DNA of 64,000 nucleotides from Gnetum montanum. Its lineage: Eukaryota > Plantae > Gnetophyta. Position 1 is the first letter of the stretch. Each line of letters opens with the position of its first letter. The stretch is from contig MNCI01000001.1 of assembly GCA_015680685.1 (NCBI GenBank), positions 192,524-256,523 of the forward strand, read 5' to 3'. The notes beneath the pieces are model-generated. The model was not told the origin of the DNA. It was given only the letters and a program-made list of their open reading frames with translations, and did not search any database. Made by a program: the position numbers and the translations under genes. Shown here piece by piece: positions 1 to 13,006 of the stretch.

Positions 1-473
1 TATTAGCCATACCACAACCTAGCCAATGGACCTACACCGAAGCAAGGTATTAATTACAGGATGATTCATTTACCCTTGCTAATATAAGATTGTGTTGTGT
101 GTGTAGATGGCAATCATACAAACAATGGATTGGATCTGGAGCAAACACTTGGAATGGAGCTGTGCTGGAAGTAGCTATGCAAGGAGCATGATCGATGAAG
201 CGCTTACCGATGGACAACGAAAGGTGCAATCTTGGCGTTGGCAGCAGCAACACTTCTCTCTCTCTCTTTTTCTTTCTTAGTTACCAACAAAGGCCTGATG
301 TCATTGTAATAAGGTGTTCACCCTTGTTGTCATGAACACCAGTTTTGTCAAGTCTTGTAATGATGATCTATTCACATGTCATCCCATTACTTCCATTCCC
401 CTCAATAATTCCATACCTTCTCGATATTATTGTAAGGAACTCGAGGACAAGTTTTCATTCAGTCATGGGGATA

Positions 474-1344
474 TGATGAGACGTGATTCACATGAGCCAT
501 GATATCGCATCCCATGCGATATCGCGTACGCAATATTGCATCATCCCCTGTGATGTCGCGTATGCGATATTGTGGTCCACCACCAAATCCATAAATAAGA
601 GGCGGCACTCCCCTTATTTCCCATCCTAGGCTAGAAGTAGGAAAACTCTGGCAGATTGATCACTCCAGAGATAGAATATTTTCCATGTGCCCGCAGTAGG
701 AGTCCCCAAGTGAATGGATCTTTATTCGAGCAACATTGTACTTGAACGCAAGTTGTGTACGACAATAAAGATGAGCTTTGTGGATAAACCTTGTAGTGCA
801 TGGAATAGGATTTATTACATGTTATTTTCTACCTATTATTTATTACCTACATTAGCACGACATGAGTATGACTTGATTACAAGCATTTACGGATGTGTAC
901 GGCTAATCAAGGAATCAGCTTCTCATCGCGATTAGNNNNNNNNNNNNNNNNNNNNNNNNNNNNNNNNNNNNNNNNNNNNNNNNNNNNNNNNNNNNNNNNN
1001 NNNNNNNNNNNNNNNNNNNNNNNNNNNNNNNNNNNNNNNNNNNNNNNNNNNNNNNNNNNNNNNNNNNNNNNNNNNNTAGTTCATTAGTTAGAGTTAGTTA
1101 GTTTCTAAACCCTTCACTCTTTAGCATAGAAGACATAAAACTAGAAAAGACTATAAAAATCATATACCTCAGACTTACTTAACCATACACCGTGACAACT
1201 ACAAGTAAGTCTGGGAAGACAACAAATGATTAACCCCAAGTGTTCCATGGGACGTGTAGGCATTTAGTCTGTGGAGTTCGACCGGATCACGCGTGTTATG
1301 CTCGTTTCGTATGGTTGAGTGTAATCTTGGGTTACAACTCATCA
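474..1344 (+). repeat. LTR (TGATGAG...CTCATCA) of the Athila-like family, spanning an N gap
   Basis: TG...CA ends with a 7-bp terminal inverted repeat. Length 871 including the gap, versus 889 for the LTR at 34784-35672. Retains more CpG than the other copies. Confidence 0.85.
936..1076. other. Assembly gap (141 N)
   Basis: Run of N. Confidence 1.
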
Positions 1345-2087
1345 CTCATGTATGAAAAAATCTAACTATTGGGTTACACTATGGATAATATTAACACTAT
1401 AGATACCCTAAATTCTTAGCTCCTTACTATCACCTAAGATTTTTTGATGTGGATTGCATGTCTTGATATTGCTAGAATCTTCTAAATCAACTTTACCATA
1501 GACTAGGTAGGAAGCATACCACTACATTAACAAAATCTACTAAACCAATTTTATAAAAATATGTACTTTGCAAAATCCATCTCTTAGATACCCCTTGACC
1601 TTTGGTATGTTTGTGATTTAAACCCTTGATATATTATTGTTAAGCCTATATGTTGTATCTAAAACATATTTCTAATTTGACTATGCTTGTGTTTTGTATT
1701 GGTTTAGCTCTGTGTCTTTTAATTGCTACTTTGTCCATGATTTTAATATTTTAATGTATTTTTATATTTTATCTTCTATTTTTATTTTTAGGATTTTATT
1801 TTTATTAATATATCATATGTCCACTAATCCTTTGTTGAAGATTTGAGTACCAAGTATTATATCCTAGTTGAACCATTGGTACATGAGGTATTACATTGAC
1901 TATATGGTATGCTTTATTTGATTACTTTATGTTTGTTAGTTAAAATATTTTTTAAAAAATATATTTTTAATTTTAATTTTATCATATTTTTAGACATTCT
2001 TATGTTAGTACTTGGATTAGTTATGTATGGATCATAGAGATTGTTATTAGAATTGGTTATAAACATAGTTAGTAGCTAATCCATAGT

Positions 2088-2204
2088 GGGAGGTAAGGGG
2101 GTGGTGGGGGTTGGGTAGGGGAGTGGCAAGTTGCAAGGAGGGCGGGGGGGAGAGGGGTGGTGGTGGGTGGGGCCGTGTGTGGCGGGCGGTGTGTGTGTGT
2201 GGGG
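2088..2204 (+). repeat. G-rich low-complexity tract (many GGG runs plus GT microsatellite); G-quadruplex-forming potential
   Basis: gggaggtaagggggtggtgggggttgggtagggg...ggcggggggggagaggggtggtggtgggtggggc...gtgtgtgtgtgtgggg within AT-rich DNA. Confidence 0.75.
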
Positions 2205-3500
2205 AGCTATGTGCATCTTAGGTAAATGCTAGGTACAAGTCCATGTTAAAATATTTTTTTATTAATTTTTAAAATTAAGGTTAGTTCTATTTTATTTTTA
2301 ATTTTAGTTTTTCCAATAGAACTATCCTTTTTATCAAACTATTCCATATAGTTATGAGCATAAATACTAGACAACTTTTCATTAGCAATTACCTAGTTGC
2401 ATTGTTGACATATGAAAGATAGAACTAGGGGGGAAGATCTTGATAATTTGAAGTGATGCTAGACCTAGAGCTATACTATCATCTAGGACCTTGTAAGTGC
2501 TTTTTTATAGATCTTATTTTAGGATTTGTATAGATTTTAGCATTCATCTTCAGTTTTTTCTAGGATTTGAAGCATGTTTGGAAGATTTTAAGCATGCAGA
2601 ACTTTGTAGTTTTAGCATTGTTAATTAGGTAGGGAAAATTTGATACTTTGATCTATTCTTAGGATTTTAGTTCTTTTGTTACATATGCATTCACGTTTTC
2701 TCAATTGAAGTTTGTTCAACAACTATTTATTGAAATGTGTACATGTTAGATTTGGTTATTCTATCCATGTTTTTTGAGATTTAACATATTTATAATGATT
2801 TTAATTATTCTTGGAATGTTGGAAGACATTTTGGATTTTTTATATTCAATTTAAATCTATTTTAATTTTTCCAAATTTTTGGAGTAGAGAACTAGAATAT
2901 TGAGCTATAATTCACATTTTTGACCTTTGAGATGACTTAAGATGGTGATGACACATAAGGTAAAAAAGCTCAAATTTCTAGTATGGACCTTGAGGACACC
3001 TTCTTGGTCCATATGATCTTCTTGCAAGGTTTAAATGGAGGTGATAATGAATTTTTAATACATATTTGAATGCCTTGTATGATAAGCAACAAATTTTATA
3101 AAAGTAACCCTTTATCTTTTGGATTCTAAAAATTGCAAAAATAGCTAAAATCATAGTTTCCAGAGCTTTTAAGAATAATAAATGATGATGTAGGATTTTT
3201 AAGCTTAAAACAATATTAATAATTTTATGTTCTATAATTTTAATTATCCTTTTAGAACCCATACTTTTGTTTTTAGTAGTTTTAGATTTAGATTGCTACT
3301 TGGTAGTAACTACTTTTGGTTGTGATCCTTTATTTGGTTCATTATGAAATTTGAATACATTTTTTGACCATTGAGTATTTTGTTTTAGAATATATATGTA
3401 TATTAATATTTATAATTGTTTGGGTTTGGACATTTAATTAGCACTTGTTACATAGGTTACCTTTCTCAATGAGTATTCTAATATTTTTGTGAGGCTTATA

Positions 3501-6500
3501 TGTAACAACTCATATTTTTGGTATCCTTGAAACATATGATTCTTTATCAAGATTACGTTGCTTGCATGTTATTGGTTTTATATATTTTATGGTGGAGCAC
3601 TTAATATTTCATGTTCATGAGCTTCAAGATGCATGTATGAATTAATGTTATTATGTATTTTTTGGTGTGTGTGTATATATATATTATATTTACCATTCAA
3701 TAGTTGTACACTACTCCTATTATTAAGTATCGCAAGATTTCATGAGGGGTTGGTTAGCAACATGACATGATTAATGATCTATGATTTGTTTGATATTCCT
3801 TAGAGTATATATTATGACCTTGTTTGTTATGTTATGTTGGTAGTAACTTGAGTTATATTTAATTTAATTAATTTAAATTTTATTTTAATATGTTATTATG
3901 ATATTTTTGGGATAGTGTTTTAGTAGCATATGTTTTATTGACTATTTTAGTATCTGTGGGTGTTACATGAAAGTTAAGGAAGTTACATGTGTAGTGATAA
4001 GAATTTATGGGAATATTTTTTTACTTTAACTCTTAATTGGATAATTGGATGATTTCTCCCATTCCATGAGTTTTTTAATATTTCATTAAAATTTTTACAA
4101 ATCTTTTATTTTACACACGTTGATGATTTCAAGAACATGATAGAGAGGTGCTTTGGGAGATCAAAGTTGGTGTAGGTGCTAGTGGATTTCTAATTGATTG
4201 TGCTTTAGATTAGATCTTGGCTATGTTTCTCTCTTTTCAAAGGATTTCTTCATGCAGATTTAAAGATGAGTAATCTTGTCTTCTTTTCCATTTACATTTG
4301 GAGGACTGTACACATGTGTGGGATAGGTTTAGTGATATTAAATTTCATATTATTATGATGTTATGTGAGGTTGATGGATATTTTTTTATCATTTTGAAAT
4401 GTTAATTTGAAATATTTTATGTATGTGCAATTTATGATTGATGGTATTGTTTTTTCCATCAATTACAAGAATAAATTTTATGAATATTATCACCAACAAT
4501 TTTGTGGATTGGATTTTTCCATTATTGAGGTCTTATCAATTGGAAGTGAAAGATTAGTGCTATTATAATTCATATTTGGTGTCATCTTGGATCTATAGAA
4601 AGAATGTGATTTTGTCTTGTTTCATAGATAGTTTGAAATCTTAAGATCTTCATTCATATTCGATGTCATAACATGACCTATTTTTCCTTTATAAATTCTA
4701 AGCTCATGTTAATGTTTTATTTTAGTTTCTCTAATTTTGTAATAGGTTTAATTGAATTTTTTTTCTATTATTTATATTGATATCTTAAAAATATTGTGGT
4801 TTTCATTTATATTTGATGTCTTACCCTAACGTGTTTTTTCATTATTGATTTTAAGCTCTTTTAAATGTGTTATTTGGGTTTCTTCAATGTTATGATAGTT
4901 TAAATTGAATCTTTTCTTCATTATTCGTGTCAATATCTTAGTCATTTGGGTATGATTCCCTTCATTGTAAGATTTCCAATCTATAGTATATTAATTTGAG
5001 TTTTCCACATTTGTTCTACTAGTGGATTATTCTTACTCTTCACCTATTCTTGTTCTTGGGTTGTTGGATCCTTACTTGTGGTTTCCTTATCATTTCCCAT
5101 TGAATTGTTTGTTTATTTTGACTAATTCTAGGTATTTCCTTACTCACAATAGTTATCTTTGGTCTCAAAAAGATGTCTATCATGTAGGAAAAGTCATCTA
5201 GGAAGACATATCCAGCCAATCCAATATGTTTCTTGCCTAGTGTAAAAATTTCCTCTTGCTTAGAGATTTCTCCCTAGAGATATCTTTATCCTATTTAAGA
5301 TGTCTCTCATCTTCTATAGATGTCTTCTCTAGCTCAAAGGAATTTTCCTATATAAATCTCTACAATATATAAGATGTTTCTATCCTTTTGTAGAGGTGTC
5401 TTCCAGCTTCTAGATACCTGTTGTTTCTAGAGATATCTCCCCTACAAGCCTAGCCTTACATCAAACTTATTTCTTCTGAAGTTTGGTCCTCTAGTTTAGT
5501 ATGGTACTTGATTTTCTTGACTTCAATGCTTACTAAAATCTTGTTGAATCTTCCACCTTTGTTGAATTTAATGCATTCTATTTTGGGTCCTCAAATTTTG
5601 GATATTACCTTTACATGAGTGAATATTTCCTAGACTAAACCTTGGCATATTTATGATTTTTCTCATTTGTTATCTTGGAATATTTATCTTGTTCCTTTTT
5701 ATATCTTAGATTTTGACTAAATGAATTCTTTCATGTCTTGATTTCTTTTCTCTTCTCATTAGGTTTATGTTTTGAAAATATCTTGCTTGGATAAGAGATT
5801 ACTACATCAGTTAAATATTGATACCTATGTAGTTATTGGTTGTTTGAGATTTTGGTCTTCTTGTTGTTGTGGTGTAATTAGTTTACTTGGAACAAGTGGT
5901 TAATTATTTCTCTTTTTGGATTATTTGGTGTCATGAGAACATTGTTTTAGTTATTTGAGATCTCTTTGGATGTTGTGTTTGATTCCATTTTGAAGCTAAA
6001 GTTCCATGTAATTTGTTTGGGCTTGATGGTGATTTATCATCCTTTGGATTGATTTCTTTCATGAGAATTCCCTAGATTGCTATATTTTGTTGCTGAGTTG
6101 GATTATTTTGGTTTTATTATAGTACTTCATAGTTAGTTTGGTTTACCATATTTGTATGTTTGTTGGATGATAGCTAGCACCAATTTTATATGACTATTGG
6201 AGATGTGCTTCCTAGAGATGTTTGGTCATTGACCACTAGGACATATCAGTGTGGCTTTTATTATAGATCTCATCCTATATAAAAGCATGATTTTATGGAT
6301 AATTGATCATTTTTAAAATGTCTCTAGAATGTTATAGGTGAGTCTTAGTAGATTCCTCTAGCATTAGTATTTTGGATATGTATGAAGTAAGCGTTGGAGA
6401 CACTTATTTAGTTTAAGACTCATAATAAATCCATGTACAGTCTAGTTTAATATTTATTTTAAATTCATTTTAACCTTGAAATTTGAAAAAGTAGAAATGA

Positions 6501-6835
6501 TAACTTTATTATATATTTGATACTAAGTGTAGTGAGTGCTAGCCTTATTGTTTTTGGTCATGGTTGGAGTTGATACGTCATGGTATTGATTATGTTTGAT
6601 GGTTGGTTTTTGTTTTACCTTTATTTTCTTATTTATATGTTCTTGAGATAACATGTTTTGCAAGATAGTCATGATCCACCTATATCCCATGAGGTTTATC
6701 CATTATTTGGTTGGAAACGATGCCAAGATTTCTTATTCATCTTTATAACGATGACTCATTTTTATTACAAGTTGTTTGGATTGGGTGGAGATTGGAGATC
6801 TTGGATAGTTTTCCAACTTATTCCTAGTGTGTTTT
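3501..6835 (+). repeat. Tekay/Del-type LTR, 3'-truncated copy
   Basis: Starts TGTAAC...catatttttggtatcctt and is colinear with the LTR at 46371-49969 and the reverse complement of 60010-63503. Homology is lost at about 6835. No PPT upstream. Confidence 0.8.
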
Positions 6836-8212
6836 ATGATATTATTGTTGTTACAATAATAGCATTTCATGAAATAGTATGCATTAAAGGTATTGAGTTT
6901 TTTTGAAAAACTATTCAAAAGCTTTTCAGATTGGTGGAAGGTTTGCTAACTTAAAACAATGTGATAAGACTCGATCAATCATGATGATTAAATAACCATT
7001 ATAATACTCTTAGCAAGCTCAATAAGAAAACTTTCAAATCTACATTAAATTTTGTCTTATCACTTTATTTCCCTAGAGTGTGAATGTGCACAATAGAAAA
7101 GTCCTAGATGAAGAATGAAGCTTACGAAGGGACACTATTTGTAAAAATTCTCAAAAGGACTCTTCTTATTATAATTAAGATTCTTATAATGATTATTAAA
7201 AGAGAAAATTTTAACTTTTTAAAAGCTCAAAAATTGTTTAGCAATTAAGCATATGGGCTCATTGATTCGAGATTCAAGGACTTGATAAGAATAAGTAGAT
7301 TTTGAGCCAAATTTGATTTTGTAAGATATTCATTTATAGTATTAGGTAATTAATTACAACATAATTATCTTTAAAAAATAATTTGTAAGGAGATAATCTA
7401 ATATAAAAGATCATTTCTTCTTATAAAGGTTATTTAGAAAGCATGAGCTCGACAAAGATTAGTTTTGCAAAACCTAAAGGATTAGTTTTATATTTGCTAT
7501 GTTATCTTACAATAGATCAACATTAATACAAACATGTAATCATAGAAATTTGAATTACTAATTCAAAGCTATATTAGAAAAATATCATAGAAGCTAAAAT
7601 TTGGTTCTACAAAGAACGCTCATGTTATTTGGCCACATTAGCTCATAAATTTGGCATAATTTATAAATTAATTCTTTAAGGAATCATAAATTTGGTTTTT
7701 TTAATTATGTCATCATTTCACTTTAAATGAATTTGTAAAATGAAAATAGGTTCTACAAACAAAACCTTAATTAGCCTCCTAAGTCATGTTAGCTCATATA
7801 GTTAGAGAGAATTTGTAGAATAAGAAAATTAGTTCTCTAAGCTATTGTACCAACTCTAAAATTTTTCTACATAAGCTAGAGTTTCAAGTACATTCTATGA
7901 CTTCTTAGCAAAAAGTCATCTTTGGTAGCCTAGATTCAACATACTGCATCATCTACAATGTAGTATCTAGTCTCATCTTCTACTCTTACTAGAAGTGACA
8001 TCTCACATCATTTGTAACATCATTTTTAGTTCTTACTTTGTGGGTTTTAGTTTTAACCTCTAGTGTCAATTATTATGTTGATCCTAACTTAAGCCTTTTT
8101 TTGGTAAATTAATTATTTGATGTTAAATAATAGTTGGTTTTTCAATGTTATGCATCATACCTTTCTTTTTATATTTTATGTTATTTTTCATAGCAATCAT
8201 TTGTTTGGCCGA

Positions 8213-8925
8213 TAGGCCATTACCAAATGGGTAACACTAAATTTTTGTGCGTAACTCTAACCAATGTTGACTTTCCCATGGCCCATTTTGGTAACGCAAC
8301 TTTGTGAATAACGCTGATGTGTAACGCTGACGTGTAAAATTCCAGATAGGCTATTTTGGTAACGCAACTTTGTGAATAACGCTGATGTGTAAATAAAATT
8401 CCAGGCAGGCCATTTAGGTAACCCAACTTTGTGCATAATGCTACGGCTAAAACCCAAACCACGGCCTCTGCTGTGACCATGACCGGCAGATCTGTCAGAG
8501 CCACGGGATGTAAATATCTCGATAAGATTCGCTTCGCGGTCATCCGCAGATCATGTGGTAGCCATACCACGGTGCTGCACAGTGGCGTACAAAGGTCACG
8601 AGATGCACAGTGGTGTACAAAGTTCACAAGATGCACAATGGTGTACAAAGTTCACGAGATGTGTGTGGGAGAGGCCGACACGGGCAAATGCGTAGTGTTG
8701 CCCTTAAATTCGAGTGTAGAGCGGCGAACAGAATGGAATTTTTGCTCTAACTTGGCACTACGAATGGAATTTGATAACGTTCTCAATCCATTGCAGTGTC
8801 TCTGTTACAACACTACAAACATGGATTTTCCTTCCCTGGGCACTACAACCGACACTGCAATGGATTTTTGCTCTAACTTGGCTCTGTTGCAAATGCGTAG
8901 TGTTGCTCTAACTTGGCTTATTCTC
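8213..8925. mobile_element. Young CpG-rich non-coding repeat island, probably non-autonomous DNA-transposon (MULE/MITE-like) sequence
   Basis: Abrupt CpG-rich island. Three attt(t/a)ggtaac(g/c)caactttgtg repeats (8284-8442), a 28-bp tandem array, repeated gcaaatgcgtagtgttgc and tgctctaacttggc motifs, and a 16-bp inverted repeat. The right end read inward is GAGAATAAGCC. Confidence 0.55.
8576..8661 (+). repeat. 28-bp tandem repeat x3
   Basis: tgcacagtggcgtacaaaggtcacgaga / tgcacagtggtgtacaaagttcacaaga / tgcacaatggtgtacaaagttcacgaga. Confidence 0.95.
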
Positions 8926-10549
8926 AAATATCTCTACTACCACACATAGTTGGCTTTTTTCTTGTTGATGATTTAGAAATATTTTCCAAAGACTTTACCT
9001 TTTTACAGAACAATTTTTCTCTACTAGTGATATTAGTTTCTCAAATTTTTATTCTCTTTTCATTCCTACTAAAATATTTTTATTCCCTTCATATTTTACT
9101 CTTGACACATGGAGAGTCACTTAGAATTAGGTCAACGCACTAATATGATCAAACCATTTTCTTAGTTAGTTTCTAAAACTACAATTTTCTTGTCATATCT
9201 ACATTACATGCATGAATTAGAGAAAGAATAGGATAGTAAAATTCCTTGTCAAATGTCTCTAATTCTTAGTATTTCTCCTAGAACATTTACAAGAGGTTTT
9301 TATTTTCTTTGTTTTGTAATATGGACTTTCTTATTTTATCTTTTTTGTTTCCAACATTGTTTAGATCTACTTGAGATCTATTTTTCATTTTTTCATTTAG
9401 ATCTTTTAATGAATTAGATCTATCTTGCTTTATGTTCTATTCATAAATGTTTTTTATGTTAGCTACACATAATGTTTTATTTTGTTCTATTTTGCATTTC
9501 GTTTTATTTTCATTTTTACTCTTAGCTATTTTACATGTACAATTGTATGCTTTGTATTGGATATTATTAAGAAAAAATGCTCTTCTTGAGTTTTCATAGT
9601 TTTCCAACAAACTATAAGTCCCCTTTTGATTTAAGAAATATTTATTAAGAGATTGATTGTGCTAGACAATTTGGTGGTTATGAGATCACCTAGCTCAATT
9701 TTATGCTAGGTTGTAATAGCTTGCATATTATAATGATCTTTACTGAACCATCTTTTTGCACCTAGATGAAGGGCCTCCATGAAATTAACATTATTTCTAG
9801 AGTTCTCTCTATTTATGTCTTCATACTTCTTCTAACTATTAATGACATGTTGCATTTAAACACTAAAATCACATTAATTATCTATGAGTTCAAAATTCTC
9901 AATAAATAGAAAATTTTTAGCTTCTATTTTAAGTGAAAACCTATTTGTAGGGATGAACTGATGCACTAGTAACAATCCTACAAAGTCTCATTCATCTCTA
10001 TAGTTATACCTATGATGTCATCTTCTGATCTAAGTTTTTTCAAGAGCAAGAAGCTTATGGATCTAAGGAGAAATCAAGGATTTACAGATAGGCTAATAGT
10101 AAAATACTATAAATTAGCCTATGTAAAATAAGAACTAGACTATCCACTTACATCTAATATGGTTAACCTTATCACAAAATATGAGTAGGCAAATTATCTG
10201 CGACATTTTCTTTTCAATCTAGATCATCTAATTAAAATAGATAATGAGGAATCTAAGGAAGTTGCACAATTGATCATGTAGTAAAAGAAGTTGTAGGAAC
10301 ACATACATATGTAAACTAAAGAGGCTAGGATGAAAAATATCCTAGATTAAACTCTTGGTCCATACATCACCCTTAGGAGAAGGAGAGGAAGCTTGACCTC
10401 TAAATCTAATGTTCAATTGATAGATGATGATGAAGAGTAACTATAGGAAAGCTTGAAAAAGCAACTACCTATAACATCACATCCACAACATTAGCATCAT
10501 AGTAGTTCAAAGCACTTTACCTTGATTTGTTTCTCTTTTTACAAGACCA

Positions 10550-11319
10550 CTTAGCCTTCCCATAAGTTCTATTCCTTTCTACTAGCTATTTTCTCCTAAT
10601 AATATCAATAATTTCAATTTAATTTTTTAATCCTTTGTTTCATCTTTTGAATCATATTTTCCACTCCTCAAAATTAACCTACCATAGGCTTTTCTTTGAT
10701 AGCACCTTCACTAATGAGATTCATATCATAAGAAATGAGTGCACTTTGAAGCTCTTAAAATTTTAGCATTGAGAAATATCATATTTTCTCCATGGCTATA
10801 ACTTTTGGTCCAAACTCAAGCTACAATGTTCTAATCATTTTCATACTCACATTGCTTTCAGTTTATTCTTTTCCCATCCCACAAATTGCTACAACTAGAT
10901 CATTAGCTCTAGAAAAATAATCCTTAATTTTTTCTCCTACTTTCTTTTTGAGTTTATAATAGTCACTTTGTAACACTAGAAGCTTAGATTTCTTGGCAAC
11001 AAAAGCGCCTTCATATGTTGATTCTAGAGTTTTCCAAATTTCTTTTGTAGTTTTGCATCCAATGAATCTATTAAATTCAGATTTACTCAAAGCATAATAG
11101 AGATAATTTTTTTCTTTTCAAAAAAACATGAACTTATCTTTCTTATCTTGCATCAATTTGCTTCTTGACTTGATAGCTCTTATGGTGTTTTCGATGGATG
11201 GTGTGTATCCTTCTAGAATGGATTTCGAAATTTTGAACTCCATGGATTTAAGGAATCCATGCATTCTAGACTTCTAGTACACAAAGGCACTGTCACTGAA
11301 CATTAGTGGCTTGGTATAT
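10550..11319 (-). pseudogene. gag: Ty1/copia (SIRE-like) gag remnant, interrupted at its 5' end by Tat-A
   Basis: KPLMFSDSAFVY*KSRMHGFLKS (DUF4219-like N-terminus), EFNRFIGCKTTKEIWKTLESTYEG..AKKSKL..L, and KMIRTL*LEFGPKVIAME...ELQSALISYD (copia gag UBN2-type motifs). Left boundary approximate. Confidence 0.8.
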
Positions 11320-12536
11320 TGAAACACCCCAAATAAATCTTGCATTCACATATGTGACCCAATAGGCAAAGTATTTACATTAGAATTTAATGGGAATTTA
11401 CAAGGAAGAAACAATTGTCCATTTTTCCATTAAAGTTACCACCTCATGGAATTTTCTCCCCAACTTAATTTGAATAGTTTATGGTGTACAAAGATGTAAT
11501 TTATAGTTTATAAGTGGAAGGTCTCATTCAAGGTGGCATATAGAGGCCAAAAATGTAAGTATGCTACCAAAATTTGGTAGCAAAAGCCAAAACGTTGGTG
11601 GCTTATATGCTAAGAAAATAGCATAAATACACTACCAACATTGGCAGAAAAAGCTATATATGTAGGAGGTTCCTAAGCTACAAATTTGGGTGGTGGAAAT
11701 GCCAATTACACTAGCATAATGATTCCCAAAATGGCATATATGTAGATGGAAAATTCCAATTACTCCAAATATTTAAGCCAATGTTCATACACATTGGCAT
11801 ATATGTTGACAAGAAATTTCAATTACACTAGAACTTTGAGCCAAAACCTAAATTATGTTAGCATTCATACACTATAGATTATGCTTGTCAAAATCATTTG
11901 ATACATTGCAGTAATCAACCAACAATCAGCAATGTGAAATTAACAATTCTTTAGCCTATTTAAACTAATGTCATACATCTATTTGGGACTTTTGAAAGTT
12001 GAGGCATTTAGGTTGAACTTGAGACATTCAAAGTAGTGCATATTTCAAGAGTTTGTAACTACCACAACCTTCCATTTAGCATGAACAACCATGACAAAGA
12101 AAACTAGTGGTAGAGAATGTTCTAAGGTAGTTCATCTAAGACATTCAAGTGTGAATCTGGTTGTAGAGTACACCTTGAATTGAATCCCAAGAACATCTCT
12201 TAGGTTGTTGGACTTTTAAAGCTTACGATTTATATTTCCTAAACTATTTCATTAACTTTCTTATATTTAATACAAAGTTACAACATATTTACATGGCCAT
12301 TATCACACTTTGTTTATTTATCTACCATTAAGCTATTTATGTTGGGAATTTCCCCTTTGCACACATCTTGATTTAATGATGTAATGCTCAGTAATAGACA
12401 TATTATGTCCTTAAGTGATCTACCAAACCATTTAAGGTGCTCTAAATCCTCTTCTAAGGCCTATTTGGATCTAGAATTAAAATTTCTTGCATTGATATTT
12501 TTGGTCCTCCAGCACCAAATTTTTCAACCTTTGTAG
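11320..12536 (+). repeat. Tat-A 5' LTR (3' end approximate)
   Basis: Starts TGAAACACCCC. 11320-11793 is colinear with 37744-38225. Followed by the PBS. Confidence 0.85.
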
Positions 12537-12541
12537 TTTTT

Positions 12542-12558
12542 TGGCACTAGAAGGAGGG
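12542..12558 (+). promoter_or_regulatory. Primer-binding site, tRNA-Asn type
   Basis: TGGCACTAGAAGGAGGG is one G>A change from TGGCGCTAGAAGGAGGG, the complement of the plant tRNA-Asn 3' end. Confidence 0.85.
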
Positions 12559-13006
12559 CCTCCACCTAAATCCTTCATCATAAACTGTCGTATTTGATAG
12601 CATATTTGTAGTTTCCCTCCCGCTTCTCTTATATATATGCTAGCTTAATTAGTAGCATATTTATAGTTTTTTGTTTGTTTTTGCTATTTAAGCGAGCTAA
12701 ATTGCCAGTTTTACAATTAGCTTATTTGAAGCTAGCTTAATTATGCTTAGAAAATTTACTAAGAAAATTCTGATTTTTTCCAAGGTAGTTCTAGCTTATA
12801 TGTTGAGGTAGTTCCAACTTATACGATGAGGTTATTATAGTTATAGAAGTTGAAACCTTTATAAGTTGAAAGATCACATAAGCTAAATCTATTTATGTTG
12901 AAGGTTTTAGCCATCATTAAAACAGTAGCAGCTTGGTCAATGCATTAGCCTCACATGATTTATGCCTTTTCAACATTCAACTATTCTACCACACAACATA
13001 GAACAC

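Larger units (their letters stand above)
1..1344 (+). mobile_element. 3' end of an Athila-like Ty3/gypsy LTR retrotransposon (3' internal region, PPT, 3' LTR)
   Basis: 404-466 aligns with the reverse complement of ~25962-26026. 474-1344 aligns with the reverse complement of the LTRs at 25089-25964 and 34784-35672 (e.g. atggatctttatt.gagca, caataaagatga, cttaaccatac, terminal actcatca). A purine tract ggggata precedes the LTR start TGATGAG. Confidence 0.85.

Noticed and set aside
8284-8661. CRISPR-like repeat/spacer pattern
   Set aside because: Repeats are tandem or have related, variable spacers; there are only three units, no cas genes, and the context is plant transposon DNA.
8220-8949. 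ORFs of 142 aa (-), 172 aa (+) and 66 aa (-)
   Set aside because: They arise from GC-rich tandem repeats that are open on both strands; repetitive peptides with no recognisable domain.
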